From: Paraspadella gotoi
Taxonomy: Eukaryota > Animalia > Chaetognatha
Assembly (NCBI GenBank): GCA_051294375.1
Contig: CM119270.1
Coordinates: 7,983,420-8,047,419, forward strand
Length of the DNA stretch: 64,000 nucleotides
Direction: 5' to 3'
A model generated the notes under the pieces. It was not told where the DNA came from. It saw nothing but the letters and a program-made list of their open reading frames with translations, and did no database searches. Position 1 is the stretch's first letter; the number at the start of each line of letters is the position of its first letter. Shown here piece by piece: positions 1 through 13,528 of this stretch. A program made the translations under genes and the position numbers.

Positions 1-3000
1 CGTGTTTGTTGGACCGTCAGGGCAGCAGACCCAGTGGACATTACTGATCATAGCAATCCAGCTCATCACGCGTCATCAACATAGTCACTCAAAAGCAAGT
101 CAATAGCGACCGGTGAACATTTCTTTTTCTAAATCTCTTGACCCTTCTTCAGAAAAAAACGAAAGAACAGAAAGAGAAAAGAAACGCAAAGAAACGAAAG
201 AAAGAAAGAAAGACAAAGAAAGAAAGAAAAGAAAGAAGAACAGAAAGAAACACGGACGCGAACGCCCCCTTTCCCCCCAGAATTTTCGAAGCCCACAGTC
301 TGGCCGCAAAATTCTACGCTCTTGCTCGCGCTCCTCAATCTAAGGCGCGTAACATCAAAACCTTCAGTCTGCCTTTTGAACATTCCAACTATCTCTGAAC
401 TTCCATAAATTGAAATCGAATATCACAAGTCTTACAACATTAACTCACAACTGCAGCACATGTATCCTACTGAGGCCCTCTTCTACTTCACCTAAATATG
501 CGCTTAACCAATTTCTTTTTAACCTTGCGAATTTTACTTTAACACATCTTTCTTAAACGAACGACCATCTTCGGCGACCGTGTCATGGATGACGCTTGGA
601 AATACTTCCTCATCGACCGCTAGAAGATTCACTCTAAAATATCTCCTTTACCCAAACTTCAAACTCCCTCCACAGATTTGATCTTATTTTCATGATGAAT
701 CACTTCAGGTTTGAGATTGACAAAGATCTTTCTTTCTTTCTCTCCTTTTCTTTCATTTTTTTTTTTTTCTTCTTTCGTCTTACTTTTGTACTCTTTCTTT
801 AAATTTTCTCTCAATTCTTTCTAGACAGAATGTCGCGACAAACAAACGAATCTCCGATTTTTTTCTCTTTCAACGCAAACACCTGTCTTGCTCCACTAAT
901 CGCGCCCCATATTTCCCGTTCCCCACTTTCTCTCACTTTTGCTCTCGAACATCAACTTCGTTTGTCCCAGTAACCTCATACAAGGTCTTCTTCTCTTCCT
1001 TAGATTTTCTACTCCCTTCTCTGTTTATATTCCTCTCGCTCGTCTTAGCAGAGGACATTAAACTCCGACGCACCGTCCTGCTCATTTCTTGCCCTTTCCG
1101 ACATGACACCGACCATATTATCCATTGTCCCTCGCAGATTTTTCTACTAAAATATCCTGACCCGCCGCAGGGCGTACCTACCGCCTTCACACCACCGTGC
1201 ACACAACGTCACCCATCCCTGAACTAACTTTCTTTACGTCAGTATGGGTTATGCTCCAACTGGTCCACCTATGCTCACTCACCGATACTCCGTGACTGCG
1301 CCTGACCACCTCACCGTTTACCGCTTGCGCACTCTCCCATCGACCCTCTGCGAATCAGCGACACTCGCTGCCAACTCGCCGTGAGCGAATTCACGCCAGT
1401 GTCAGAACATGCTTCTCAAATCATCCGATCGGCCCAACTCTGAGGGCAATCATTCACATCCCGATCCACCCGCATTTCTATTTACCTTGCTGTTTTTCTC
1501 CCCACTCTTTTTCCTGGTTCTGCAAGCGACCGACTGACAACAACGATGACAGACGACTATGAAAGAACGACGGCCGACGCCCCGCCGTTCGGAAACCCGA
1601 AACTCTCCGCACCCGAACGACGATTTGACTTGATCTTCGAAAGGCATTCGTCGTCCAACATCCGGGACTGGCATCTTGACTCCAACAGATGTTCCTTCAG
1701 GCCTAGCAGACAAAACACCGTGCCCATGACAGGCTCGCTCGCCATCAAATGTCGTTTAAAAAGGACATCCGGGAACCAGATAGCCAGGAAGAAGAGAAGC
1801 AGAAGGGAGAGCAGCGATAAGAGAGGGAGAGGGCTAAGAGATTGGGAAGGGATGGAAGAGGGGGGCAGCTGGACTGATCGGCTGGGCCTGCCCACTACCC
1901 GTTACCAGTCTCTCTATTAGACGTGTTCAATAACCACCAGAAAACGGGGCGTCTATATTACATATTTTGATGTAGGCGACACACATTATCTTCATTTAAC
2001 TCTTCGAAAATTAAATGATAAACGGTTCAATAATTCAGGAATGCCAGTTAATTTTTTCAAAAAATACTCTTTTAAAATAAAACAAAATTGTGCCGCGACT
2101 ACCATTTAAATTGGCATAATTATTACGAAAAATTTAAAACGCATAAACAAACAAATTATCACAGCTGTGTACGCTATAAATGTTTTTAAACTTTTAAAGA
2201 AAAATCTAATAGTGTTAAACCTTAAATATTTAAATTCATGATTGGAATTTATAAATAATTATTTTGCTATTTGCCCTCAACTAATATATACACTACACTA
2301 AGGCTATCACCCGAGTTGTTCTCCAGGCGAAATAAATAAAAACACTCTTTGAGTGTCCGTCTCCGAAATCTTTAGTAAAAGCGAAAAGTATTGTGCGCTC
2401 TGAAAGAGAACAGAGTTGATAAGAGCGGTTTTTGTTCAAACTTAAATTATCGACTTCTGCTTCATTCCGATACCCGACGGAGCCATACTCATATTTTCGG
2501 GTCGAAGGCGGTGTAGTTCCTGCTTCGTTTCTTCTCCAGCCGGCAAGAGCGGTCGCGAGAGCCGTGCGGCAGGCTTCCTGTTCGCCAAAGAGCGGAGGCG
2601 GAGGCAGCGGCCATGGTTGTCGTCCCAGCGTCGGCGAAAACCTCTCGGCTCTATCGCCGTGCGATATTTCGAAAGCTGGTGCTGCGAGAGAGCCAACCAG
2701 ATTAATAGGAGAGTTTTTTCACGCGGGAGTTCTACCGCGGGGCCCGAATATGGCAGCACGGATTGGAGAACTTCGCCTGTTTGACGCGTCTTGTCGAGCC
2801 GTTGTCGAGTCTCCGCGAGAGTCACAGATCATCGACTGAACGTCTTATACTCCAGAAAGGTGGAAGGTCGTCCCGACTGCGCGGATCACCCAAAATGTAG
2901 ACTGGCGTTGGCTGACTCGGGAAGTGTCGCAACGGTTGAATTCGACTAAAGTTTATATCTCCATGACGGCCCGGAAACGGAAAACGCCGACGGTGACGCC

Positions 3001-3820
3001 GACGTGCGTAATTTAAAAGTTCATCAGGCTCCAGGTCTAACACATCGTCTGAACCACTGTTTGTTCTCATTAAAATGAACCTAATAAAATAATCAACACC
3101 CCCACATCACGATACCCCCTCCCACACATCCACTACACACACTACATACCTCAACCCCACCACCTCAACTCCAACCTTAATTAATTTGAAAAATAACAAT
3201 GGATGTAACAATGAACAGAGACTAGTAAATTAATAAATTCTGTATTTGAAGTTGTGTGAAGAAAATGAAAATGTAAGATTTCATATTAAGGAAAATGTCT
3301 AAATAAAAAGCTGACTCCTCATAAACACATAATGTTTCTCTTGTTTACCAAGGAATAACAAAAGAACAAATAGTAAATAATATTAGTATAAACAATAAAG
3401 GTATTTCGTTTCAAAAGTCAAGTATGTCTTGAGTGGCGACATCGCCCGTACGGCTTCACTTTGTTAATGGTTAAAGTTCCAGGATCGAATCTACAGTTCT
3501 CTTAAAAATTGAAAAAAATATTTTTATCCCATTTAAATCTTTTTCATCGAAAGCAGTACAATGTTTTAAATCATTTTTCAGAATAAAGATAAACTAATTT
3601 TGTTTTGTTTAATGTTAGACTATAAAACTTTCTTTGATTGATGAGTAATTCATCGTACAATAATTTTCTGCAATATGCAAATGAGATTAAAGTCAAAAAC
3701 TGGAGAAAGAGAAACATTGAACAGAAAACAGTTTAAATTCAACTTAATAAACTTTTAAAAATAGATATCTCTTACTTTGAGGACAAAAAAAATCATGAAC
3801 ATGTCCTAAACTTGATGCAG

Positions 3821-3938
3821 GCAAACGCTACCCCACGTTTGTATCCGCGATTGCGTAGGAAATCGCTTCGTCCCGTTTGCGTCACGGGAGATCCTATCAA
3901 CGACGAACTACACTTACGGGAATCGCTGCTTCTTTGAG
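3821..3938 (+). CDS. Internal exon encoding the N-terminal half of a Kazal-type domain (Kazal/follistatin-like module protein)
   Basis: Acceptor tgcag at 3820, donor GAG|gtaagt at 3938. Reads QTLPHVCIRDCVGNRFVP..ILSTTNYTYGNRCFFE. PVCVT lies in the adjacent frame between a C-run and a G-run, consistent with two compensating homopolymer indels. Restored motif C-x3-C-x8(PV)C...TYxNxC is Kazal-like. Confidence 0.6.
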
Positions 3939-4007
3939 GTAAGTCAAGTACAATTTTTAATCTTGTAAATTTCGACTGAGTTATAAATTTGAGAAGAATG
4001 CGCAAAG

Positions 4008-4038
<31 letters not shown>

Positions 4039-4302
4039 ACACATACACACATACACAATACAAAAAAAAAGCACTTGTCTAGAAAAATAAAAATAAATAA
4101 AAATAAAAATAAAATCGGAAGAAAGTCGAATCAGAGGCTAAATCGATGCGACACTAAAGACCATTCGCTGCCCCACAGTAGAGCTCTCTCTCCCTCTCTC
4201 CCTCTCTCCCTCTCTCCCTCTCTCCCTCTCTCTCTCTCTCTATCAACGAAGATTTCCTCTACTCGATATATCCCGACTCTCTCCTCTCCCTCTCCTCTCT
4301 AG

Positions 4303-4434
4303 GTGGCCAGATGCGTGGCGCGCGTCAACCGCGGCGTACGTTGCGCGTGCGCCATCCTGGGGTTTTGTGATCGCCGCAATCCTCACCGCTTTCCTTCCTC
4401 GTTTCACCGACTCTGGTTCATCAAAACCGTTTGA
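4303..4434 (+). CDS. Terminal exon encoding the C-terminal half of the Kazal domain
   Basis: Pyrimidine tract and ctag| acceptor at 4302; phase 0 matches the previous donor. Reads VARCVARVNRGV...; with one compensating indel pair it gives LRVRHPGVC (Kazal C5...HxGxC6). Stop TGA at 4432-4434; AATAAA at 4624. Confidence 0.55.
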   Translation: MARCVARVNRGVRCACAILGFCDRRNPHRFPSSFHRLWFIKTV

Positions 4435-7400
4435 ACTTTGAACTTTTGAACTTTTTTTTAAAATTTTGTCTTCTTCATTTCAGATCAATTTCGAGTTTCA
4501 ATTTTGGTTCATCGCTGGTTTTTTTGTTGTTTTTTTTTTTTCAATATTTTTTGTAAAATGTTTTCATGTAATTTATTCAATTTCCGTTATTTTCTGCATT
4601 GTCTTATGTTGATATTTGTTTCCAATAAATCTTAAATTGCCCCCGATCTCTTTTTCATTTCTCTTGCATTTGGACCAAAAGACGTTCAGGAGTAGACCTG
4701 CCTATACTATGAAAAGTTTGAAAACAAAAACGAGTATTGTGTAATAGTGGCCCATACATCATATTAATTTTTTGAACATATTTTTTTTCAAAAAAATTAC
4801 AGTAAATGCTGCCGAACTGTTGAAAAAAATGAAAAAAAAATTGGGAACCCAACCAAACACTCGCACTTCTCTTGCATACACTATCTTAAAAAACTTATTG
4901 ACCTCAGACGGACGACAACCCAAAACTACGTTGTAGAGCGGAAAAAATGACTTCCACCCACAACTTGCACTTATGAAATTAAGTGAATTTTTTTACTCCA
5001 CCGCTAAAATTTTTTATTAAAACTATTGTTTTGGGCATTTGATAAAATTTTAAAAATGAATATTTTTAAACAATGTTTGATCATTTCTCTCTAACGGAAA
5101 ACCTTACAGGCGAATGCTAACAGATTCTGCCTATGCTTCTCTCGCCCGAAGCTCCGACAGTTACCCGTCACCAGTCGTTCTACCATTCCACAATACCGGA
5201 ATACTGCACATCTCGATTTTACTTTGTAGAATTATCAGGAGTATTTCAGTGCTTATTGTGTCAGTAGGTGGAGTGATGAAAGATTTTGAGTGATTGAACA
5301 TTATTTTTTTGCTGCTATGGCATCATAAATAATAATATTTTATAATCTTTTTTAAAATTTTTTTCAGCATCACACAGTATAACATTCCCCCACTCTCACT
5401 TTCACTGGTCAGTAATATACTTATAAACGTTCAAATTTTCAAAATTTTTATTTTTATTTTTAAAGAACTGATTTGATTTTGTGCTGTTTAAAAACTAAAA
5501 AACTTTTTATAAATATGTTATTCCGAACTTTGTATTAGCATCCACAAATCCCACTAAAACGTTTTTAAACCAGAGATCCTCGGACGCTTCGCGGACAGCG
5601 TAAGCGACACTACGTGGAAGCGGCTGATATTTGAAGAAACCCGAAACCGGGAGCTATAGAAAAATAAGAATAAAGGATTGACCCGGAAAGCTATAATAAC
5701 CCTGGCGTTTCCGCTTCCGTGGTCATTTGTTTTAATTGAGTTAACATGAAAGTTATAATTGATTAATAATCTTGCAACCCCCTGCTCTTTCTTAATTTTT
5801 TTTTTTAACATGTCTAATTTACTTTTACAACAAAACGGATTGAATTCTCGTTTATTGGAATATGCATAATATTAGCTTATACATCTTAAATCTCTAACAA
5901 CTCATCTCATCTCTACCTTCCACTTTATTTCACCCTCTTGCGACTGAACAAAAAAGCAAATAAAAAAAATTTATAAAATAAATAAATCAAAATTATATAA
6001 ACAAGTTTGAGCAAACAATGCCGGATCTGCCCACGATCTATTTAGCGCGTAATTAACTTGATTGAAATTAATTGAAAAATAAATAAATTATTTAATTAAT
6101 TACATATTCAATTTAATTAAATAATAATATCGAAGCATTTGGGAGCTTCAAATGATTCTGAACAAAGACGACAAAGACGATGAATACATGATGAAAACGA
6201 CGACGAAGTCTTGTACTTGTGAGCCGAGTACAGGTAGGGTGCAATAAGAATGACCTGTTTTTTACCACAATCTTGTTATGGCTGACCTTTTTCTCAGCCA
6301 ATTAAATACTATTATTATTATTATTTTTATCATTTTTACTTTTTACTGATTTTTGATAACCAAGGTTTTTTTTATCACAAAAAACACGCCATCAATCTTT
6401 CTTATAAATTTTTGTTTGATCACGCAAACATAATAAAAATATTTTAATTAATTAATTTAGAGAAAGCAAAGAATTTGAATTGTGAACCAATGATTTTTAA
6501 TTAATAGTTGGACATGTTTCGGCTTGTTTACTTCAATGCCTTCATGCAGCATATGACATTCAGATAATAAATTTGTGTAAATAAAAGAGTGTGAATGAGA
6601 AGAGAAAGCAGAGAGACGAGGTAAAAGTTTTTCAAACAAAAGTGGTGAACAGAATAGTGGTCAGATGTGAGGACAGTGAAGTAAGTGGCGATTGGAGTGA
6701 GTTGTGAAAAGAGTTGAAACTGTTAAAGAAGAGAGAGAGTGAGAAGAGGGAAACAAAACAACAAGATAAATAAATAATAAAGATACAATTTTTGCAATGT
6801 ACAACAAAGATAAAAGAGTTAATTAATTAAATAATTAATGTTATGGCAACCACGACAATGATAATATCGACGATGACAAATTAATTGATTGCTTAATTTT
6901 TTGATTGATTATTGAATATTTATTAATTGATGAATAATTAATAACTGATCAGTTCTGGCATGTTTAGCTCAAAAACTGTTGTTTTTTTATCTTTCATTAT
7001 GACCAAAGAAATGACTACCCTAATGATGGATAGATGACAATCGAGGATAGCACCATCAGATAATTGAATGATTTGCATTGATCAAAAAATAAGTTCATTT
7101 CAGCCGTTAATTTTTAGGTTTTTTGTCAGGATCACTGACCAGGACAAACAGCAACAATGAATGTGACAATGATAATACTGACATTGTTTATTGATTGATT
7201 AATTAATTGATTAAATATAATTTATGGTTCTTGGTTTGTTTTTTTTTTCATTTTAAACTCATTTCCACAGTCGAAACCGATTCTTCACATATTTCAAATC
7301 TATACATTTTTCATAGTAAAATTTTACATTGTTATTTGATACAAAAAAGATTGTTAAAATTATTCTACAAATGAGAAACATGTCTAAAGAGAGATTTTTA

Positions 7401-10400
7401 TAAATATCAACAAATGTAAAAATTTTTAAAGGAATGCAAGCGTATGTGCACTCGAAACCAGAACAGCGATCCGGCTAAAGAAACGTAAAGATTGCACCCA
7501 AAAACGGGAGCGGGAAGGGCGTCCCTTGGGAAGCGCCGATGGCAGACGGCCGGAAAAATCGATCGCTCCACACTTCTGGTTTAACATATAATTACAGTTT
7601 CTTTCTACTACAGAGAATAAAAAAGTCAGGAATTTTCAACACTTTCTTTCTTATTTTTAAAACATTGAAATGACAGAATTTTGATAACATATTTTATATT
7701 TTTAAAATTACTATTTTATAAGGATATTATTTACAAATATATTATATTTTACTATTTGTTCCCGAATATATGAACACAAAATATTTTTTGTACTAGTTAA
7801 TCATACCTATCCCTCACATCTAAATATTCATTGTCGAATCATTTCAAATAATTTTTTGTCTTGAGTGCTCCACTACTAATGTTTATTTTAATCAAAACAA
7901 AAAATGTTGTCCTTTATGTTGCTAAAATTCCAAGGTTACAATGCGTTATTGTTATTTAGAAACATAAAACTACTTATGTTTTCAGGACGAAAAGATTGCG
8001 GAGGACGAAGTTATTCTAAAACCTACTTCCCACCAATATTCGGAAAGCGATTTAGAAATAAAAAAAAATACGATATATTTACGAAAATATACCATGAAGA
8101 AACTATTTTTCAAATTTTACTTCTCAATTTAGAAAATCTGCTTCAAATTATTTTTACATTTAAATTTGAGGATCAGTGTCAACACATACTGTGAACCGTT
8201 TCAACTGTAATCTGCTGANNNNNNNNNNNNNNNNNNNNNNNNNACTAATATATAAAATTGGCTGTGAAATTAAAATTTGATCTGCTAAATCCACACAAAA
8301 TTGTTCTCGTACTACTAATACTCATAACAATTTTCTATCTCCATCAAGAGCTTATGAACAGGCAAATCAAAAGATAAGAGTTTTTTTAATCTATTACTAA
8401 GGAATTAAAATAGATAACATGTACAAACGAAACAACGATGGTTAATTACAAAATAATGATAATCAAAAGAAACATAACAGTCGACAAAAAAGATCATGAT
8501 TATCTACAATAATCACGGTTCCTAAAAAAAATTTAGAAAATAAAAAAAAAACAGAAAAAAAAAGTTTACTTGCGATGACAACGTGAATAATAATATTAAA
8601 AAAACATTAAGATAAACACCGTCCGTGCGGCATTAGTAGAGAAAACCACTGGAATTTAGCGTCAATAGGAGTTTATTGTCAAATTACGAAGTCGGACAAT
8701 CGACTCTCTCCCATTCTCTCTCTCTCTTTCTCTCTCAATCGCATGAAAAAAAAGATACGTTTTAATTCAGTTTCTCAGGACTTGACGTTTGTTGCCGTTT
8801 GATCCGAGGGGTACTTCTAAAACAATCAATAAAGTTCATTTCTCGTAGTTTTTTTCTTTACTGTTCTGTTCTGCCTCTCTCCCTCTCTGCTCTCCCTATC
8901 ATCCTCTTCTTTCATCTCCCACCCTCTCATCTCTCCATGCTACGTACCTCAGTGCACATACGGTCTCTTTCTCGGCTCGAACGCCAATCGGAGTTCGCTT
9001 TTAGGCATTCCTCCGGAAGCGAGGTCGAAGTTGGCGTCCGCTGCGCGCCTATGGGGGGCTGACGGGTGAGCGCGATTGGCTTCCTATGGGATCTGACTGT
9101 TTGAAAACAGCTTAAGGGCTTCAGTTTCCGCGGCTTGTAGTCAACTCGGGTGACTCGTCTTTCTCTCTCTCCCTCCTATCTCTCTCTCATTCTCTCTCTC
9201 TCTCCTCGGATCGCGAGGGATTTCTTCTCATCTGTCTCTCTCGATATGCTTCTCCATCCAGCGAGTCGCGTACGTCCTTGACCTACATCGATTCTCGTCT
9301 CTACTGCTCATGCTCTCTCTCCTGCTCGTCGAGTGTCTCTCTCATCTCTCTCAATTCTCTCTCTACCTCACCTCGTTTTCCCACACAAACACCAAATACT
9401 TGAAATTTCTTTTTTTTAACCAGTATTCCGTTTGTAACACTCATGTATTTCCTAATGTATGCTGCGTTTAGTGTTGATGTTTAATTAAGGATTTCAGACT
9501 GGAGTTATCATCAGTAGCTGCTGTTTTTAAGGTGCCATCATTGTTACACCATTACTCCTGTCATTAGTCCATATAAAAATTAGTACTATAATTGGTTATT
9601 GTTTTTGCGTTTTTTTTTAACAAGGTTGTCATGGCAAGCAGTTTTTTAAGATTCTCATTTTGTTATTTACAAACGTATTGGCACTTGTATTTTTGGGCAC
9701 TCGAGCTTACGTTATTTACACTGGTTAGAATATACATCGTTTGTCAAGAAAAAATACACTAGATCAACAATAAATAATTTGCCCACATCAAGCAAGATAT
9801 TCGTTCAGGTGAAATAATGCAATCAAATATCATTATATCGATTTTCCTGGCAACTACTGGCATAACAATTCTTGGGAGTGTCATTGTTAAAATATTCTTC
9901 TTCCAGAGGGAGATCTTTTATCCTATCTCATGAAAAGGAGAGAAAATTATCGAAAAGAGTAAAGCGGGGAAGTTATTAAAAGAGAGTCAAATTTTGCAGT
10001 AATAATAAATGTATTTTATACTTTTATATGAAATGAAATTTCAGGGATTTTAACAAACGCGCAATTAAGAATGACCACGAAGAAGGAAATGATGTCACAT
10101 TGGAAAAAAACAAAAAAAATTCATTTTGTTTAAATTGAAACCAAAGAAGAATTTGTAGGTGTGATTAAATGTGGAAGAGATGACGTTAATCTCATTGAAA
10201 AAGCCATTAGAAACCGTAAAAAAGCTTGTGCTTAAACTAATAGTGCTCTCGTAATTGATTGAAAAAACCATGCTGTTGTAGCGGAACTATTTCATACCCC
10301 GCTACACGTTTATAAGTTTTGTTAAAATAAACTCTAACGAATTAGCGATTAAATAAATCTATTTGTGTCGTAATGACTCGTTAAGTAATGGGGTTTATTT

Positions 10401-11020
10401 TCCTTGGAAGCCATCTTATTTTTAAGTTTTTAATTTTTACCGAAAATGGTTTCTCGTTGTTTTCTTAAAGAGGTAGATGTTACTATCGCCCAAATCGGAC
10501 AGTTACTGTTCGAATTAGTTATTGAAGTAAAAGAAAATAAAAGATAAAATATTTAGATAGAATAATAAAACACTAAATGTACCCATAAAATCCTGCGATG
10601 CGAAATAACAACGGCTATTTGTAAGACGTATTTTCCGTAAAGCAATATCGACTTACAAATATACAAGTTAGAATATCACTCATGAATACAGTAACTTAGA
10701 CTCCCTCGGTCCATTATCTCATTTAACCGCGCTCTTTGGAATTGGAAGCAAAAAAATATTTTAACCAAGTTAAAAAAAAAGTTCTGCTTTATGTTAAAAG
10801 AAAATTCCTTGCACCGAAAACATTCTTCTTCTATTTCTTGCGCCCGGCGCAAAAAAATGAGGAATCATCTCTCTCCCTCTCTGTCTCTCTGCTCTGCTCT
10901 CTCTCTCTCTCCTCAGTCTCTCTACTCTATTTTCCCTCTCTCTCATCTCTCGTCTCTTCATCGTCTCTCTCTCTCTCTCTCTCTCTCGTCTCTCTCTCGT
11001 CTCTCTCTCTCTCTATCTGT

Positions 11021-11253
11021 GTGCGTGTCAGTGAAATCAATCTAATTAACTCGCTGAAAGTAGTTTAGGTATAATTGGTATAGAACTTGGAAAAAAATGA
11101 ATGTTTAACTTTTGCAACATTAATTATAAAGTAGGTTTATATTAACTCTAACAAAATATTTTGTCTATATTCACGGTTTTCCCCGTCTTCGCCTGCCACA
11201 GTAGTTATCAGAGGAAAGTCTGAAAAGATGACGGGAGTCAGAGAAGAGAGAGG

Positions 11254-11288
<35 letters not shown>

Positions 11289-11450
11289 TAGAGAGAGGAA
11301 GAGAGGAGGAGAGAGAGAGAGAGGAGAGAGAGAAAGAGGGGGGAAACAGAGAGAGATAGTGAAGGAAAGAGAGAGGACAAGTGAGGAAGAGGGGAGCGAG
11401 AGGAGGAAGCGGGAAGAAAAATAAGAGAGATAAAGAGAGAGAGAAGAGAT

Positions 11451-11499
<49 letters not shown>

Positions 11500-12044
11500 G
11501 AAGAGAGAGGAGAGTAGAGAGGCTTCCTTCTCATTGTTTATGGGGTGATGGGGTGGCTTGGCCTGCTGTGGCGTGGTTTATNNNNNNNNNNNNNNNNNNN
11601 NNNNNNGTCGCGTGTCAGTGAATCATCTAATTACTCGCTGAAAGTAGTTTAGGATAATTGGTATAGGAACTGGAAAAAAATGAATGTTTAAGCTTTTTGC
11701 AACATTATCATTACTAAAGTAGGTTTTATTAACTCTAACAAAATTATTTTGCTATATTCACGGTTTTCCCGCTCTTCGCCTGCCACAGTAGTTATCAGAG
11801 AAAGTCTGAAAAGAATGACGGGAAGTCAGAAGGAAGGGAGAGAGAGAGAGAGAGGAGAGAGGAGAGAGAGAGAGAGTAGAGAGGAGAGAGAGAGAGGAGA
11901 GAGAGAGAGAGGAGAGAGAGAAAGAAGAGGGGGAAACAGAGAGGGATAGTGAAGGAAAGAGAGAGACAAGTGAGAGAGGGGGAGCGGAGAGGAGGGGAGA
12001 GAGAAGAAAAGATGAGAGAAAGATTAGAAAGAGAGAGAGATAGA

Positions 12045-12081
<37 letters not shown>

Positions 12082-12095
12082 CTCATTGTTATGCT
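11021..12095. other. Assembly artefact: about 500-bp sequence duplicated on both sides of a 25-N gap (11582-11606)
   Basis: 11021-11540 and 11607-12095 are the same sequence differing by scattered single-base indels. Confidence 0.8.
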
Positions 12096-12479
12096 GCCTG
12101 CTGTCTGGTTTATCAGTGGCTGGTTTTTGTCTTTAGGCCGCATCTTTTTAAACGATTTTCAGGATCTTTTTAGATTCTGAGCATTCTTAGATTTCCAAAC
12201 CACGCTTCAAACATTTTTGTGGCAGTTTCCATTAATCCATTAAAATTATTTAATTAAAAAAGCACGTTTTACCCATAACTATAGGTTATTACAATTCTAA
12301 AAAAATAATAACTAATTCTGTTTCCCAGGTTTGGAAAAACCTTTAAGGAGATTCAGAACTAGTTTAGTCGTTTAATTTGAATAAACATTAGCGGGTTTTT
12401 TCTTCATAGAACCTAAGATGATGAAAGGGATGTCAATATAGGCATGTTAATTAGATGTATTCCTGATAAATCGATTAAA

Positions 12480-12483
<4 letters not shown>

Positions 12484-12548
<65 letters not shown>
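12484..12548. repeat. (TC)n/(GA)n microsatellite just 3' of the BMP2/4 stop (representative of dozens in the window)
   Basis: Perfect dinucleotide run. Similar tracts at about 16940, 21697, 28240, 30558, 31800, 37283, 45838, 51958, 54630, 54940, 59568 and elsewhere. Confidence 0.95.
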
Positions 12549-12549
<1 letters not shown>

Positions 12550-12559
12550 ACAAAAGGTA

Positions 12560-13496
12560 CTATCTGCAGCCGCAGCCTTCCACGACCATGTCCTGGTAAT
12601 TCTTGAGCACAACCTTGTCGTAGTTGTCGACGTAGAGCATGCTGATTGGGGTGAGTTGCGTCGGCACGCAGCAGGCCCTGGGCACGGAGGTGGGGTAGAC
12701 GGAGTTGACGAGCGTCTGCACGATGGCGTGGTTTGTGGAGTTGAGGTGGTCGGCGAGGGGGAAGGGGCAGTCGCCGTGACAGTAGTAGGCGTCGTAACCC
12801 GGCGGCGCCACGATCCAATCGTTCCACCCGACGTCGGAAAAGTCCACGTAGAGCGGATGGCGCCGGCAGTTGCGTCTGTGGTTGTGTCCCCCGCCGTGGT
12901 TGTTGTGGTGATTCTTTCGATGTTTGGATCGATGACGCGTCGTCCGCCGTCGTTTCCGTCCGCGAGAATCCTCTTCCTCGTCCTCGGCGTCAAACGACGA
13001 ACCTCGGCGTCGATCGCGCCGGTTTCGTCGACTTCCGGCGCGCCGTTCGGCGGCGTCGAGATTGTCTTCTACGCCGAAGGCTTCGTCATCGTCGGCGAAA
13101 TCATCGCCGCCGGCGTCGTCGCCGTAAGTCACCAGCAGAGGCGCTTTGGCGTTCCATTCCGCCGGCGTTTCGGGTCGCGTCGAGGACTCTTCCACGCCTC
13201 CCCCTCTTCCTCCTCCTCCCTCTCTCCCCAACGACCTGCGTAGCCGCACGTGCCTCGTCACGGCGTCTTCCCCGGTGGGCGCGGCTCCGCCGGCGCGCAT
13301 CACCTGCACGGAGACGCCCCGATTGTTCCGCGGGTCTCGCAGCCATCTCCGCACGGCCGGCGTAAGGTCGAACGTCTCCCAACTTGAAGGCGACGAGGCG
13401 TCGAGGACCCGAGTGTCCAACAGGCGAGTGATGGCGGCGCGAGTGGGCGTGGCCGGTCGAAGAGTCTCGTACACGTTCACGCGATGTTTGCGGGAG

Positions 13497-13528
<32 letters not shown>

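Noticed and set aside
281-350. KFYALARAPQ resembling the aspartyl-tRNA synthetase FYALPQSPQ motif
   Set aside because: Short weak match with no supporting flanking exons, in low-quality sequence.
11021-12095. Tandem ~500-bp duplication downstream of BMP2/4
   Set aside because: The copies flank a 25-N gap and differ by random indels, typical of unmerged contig overlap.
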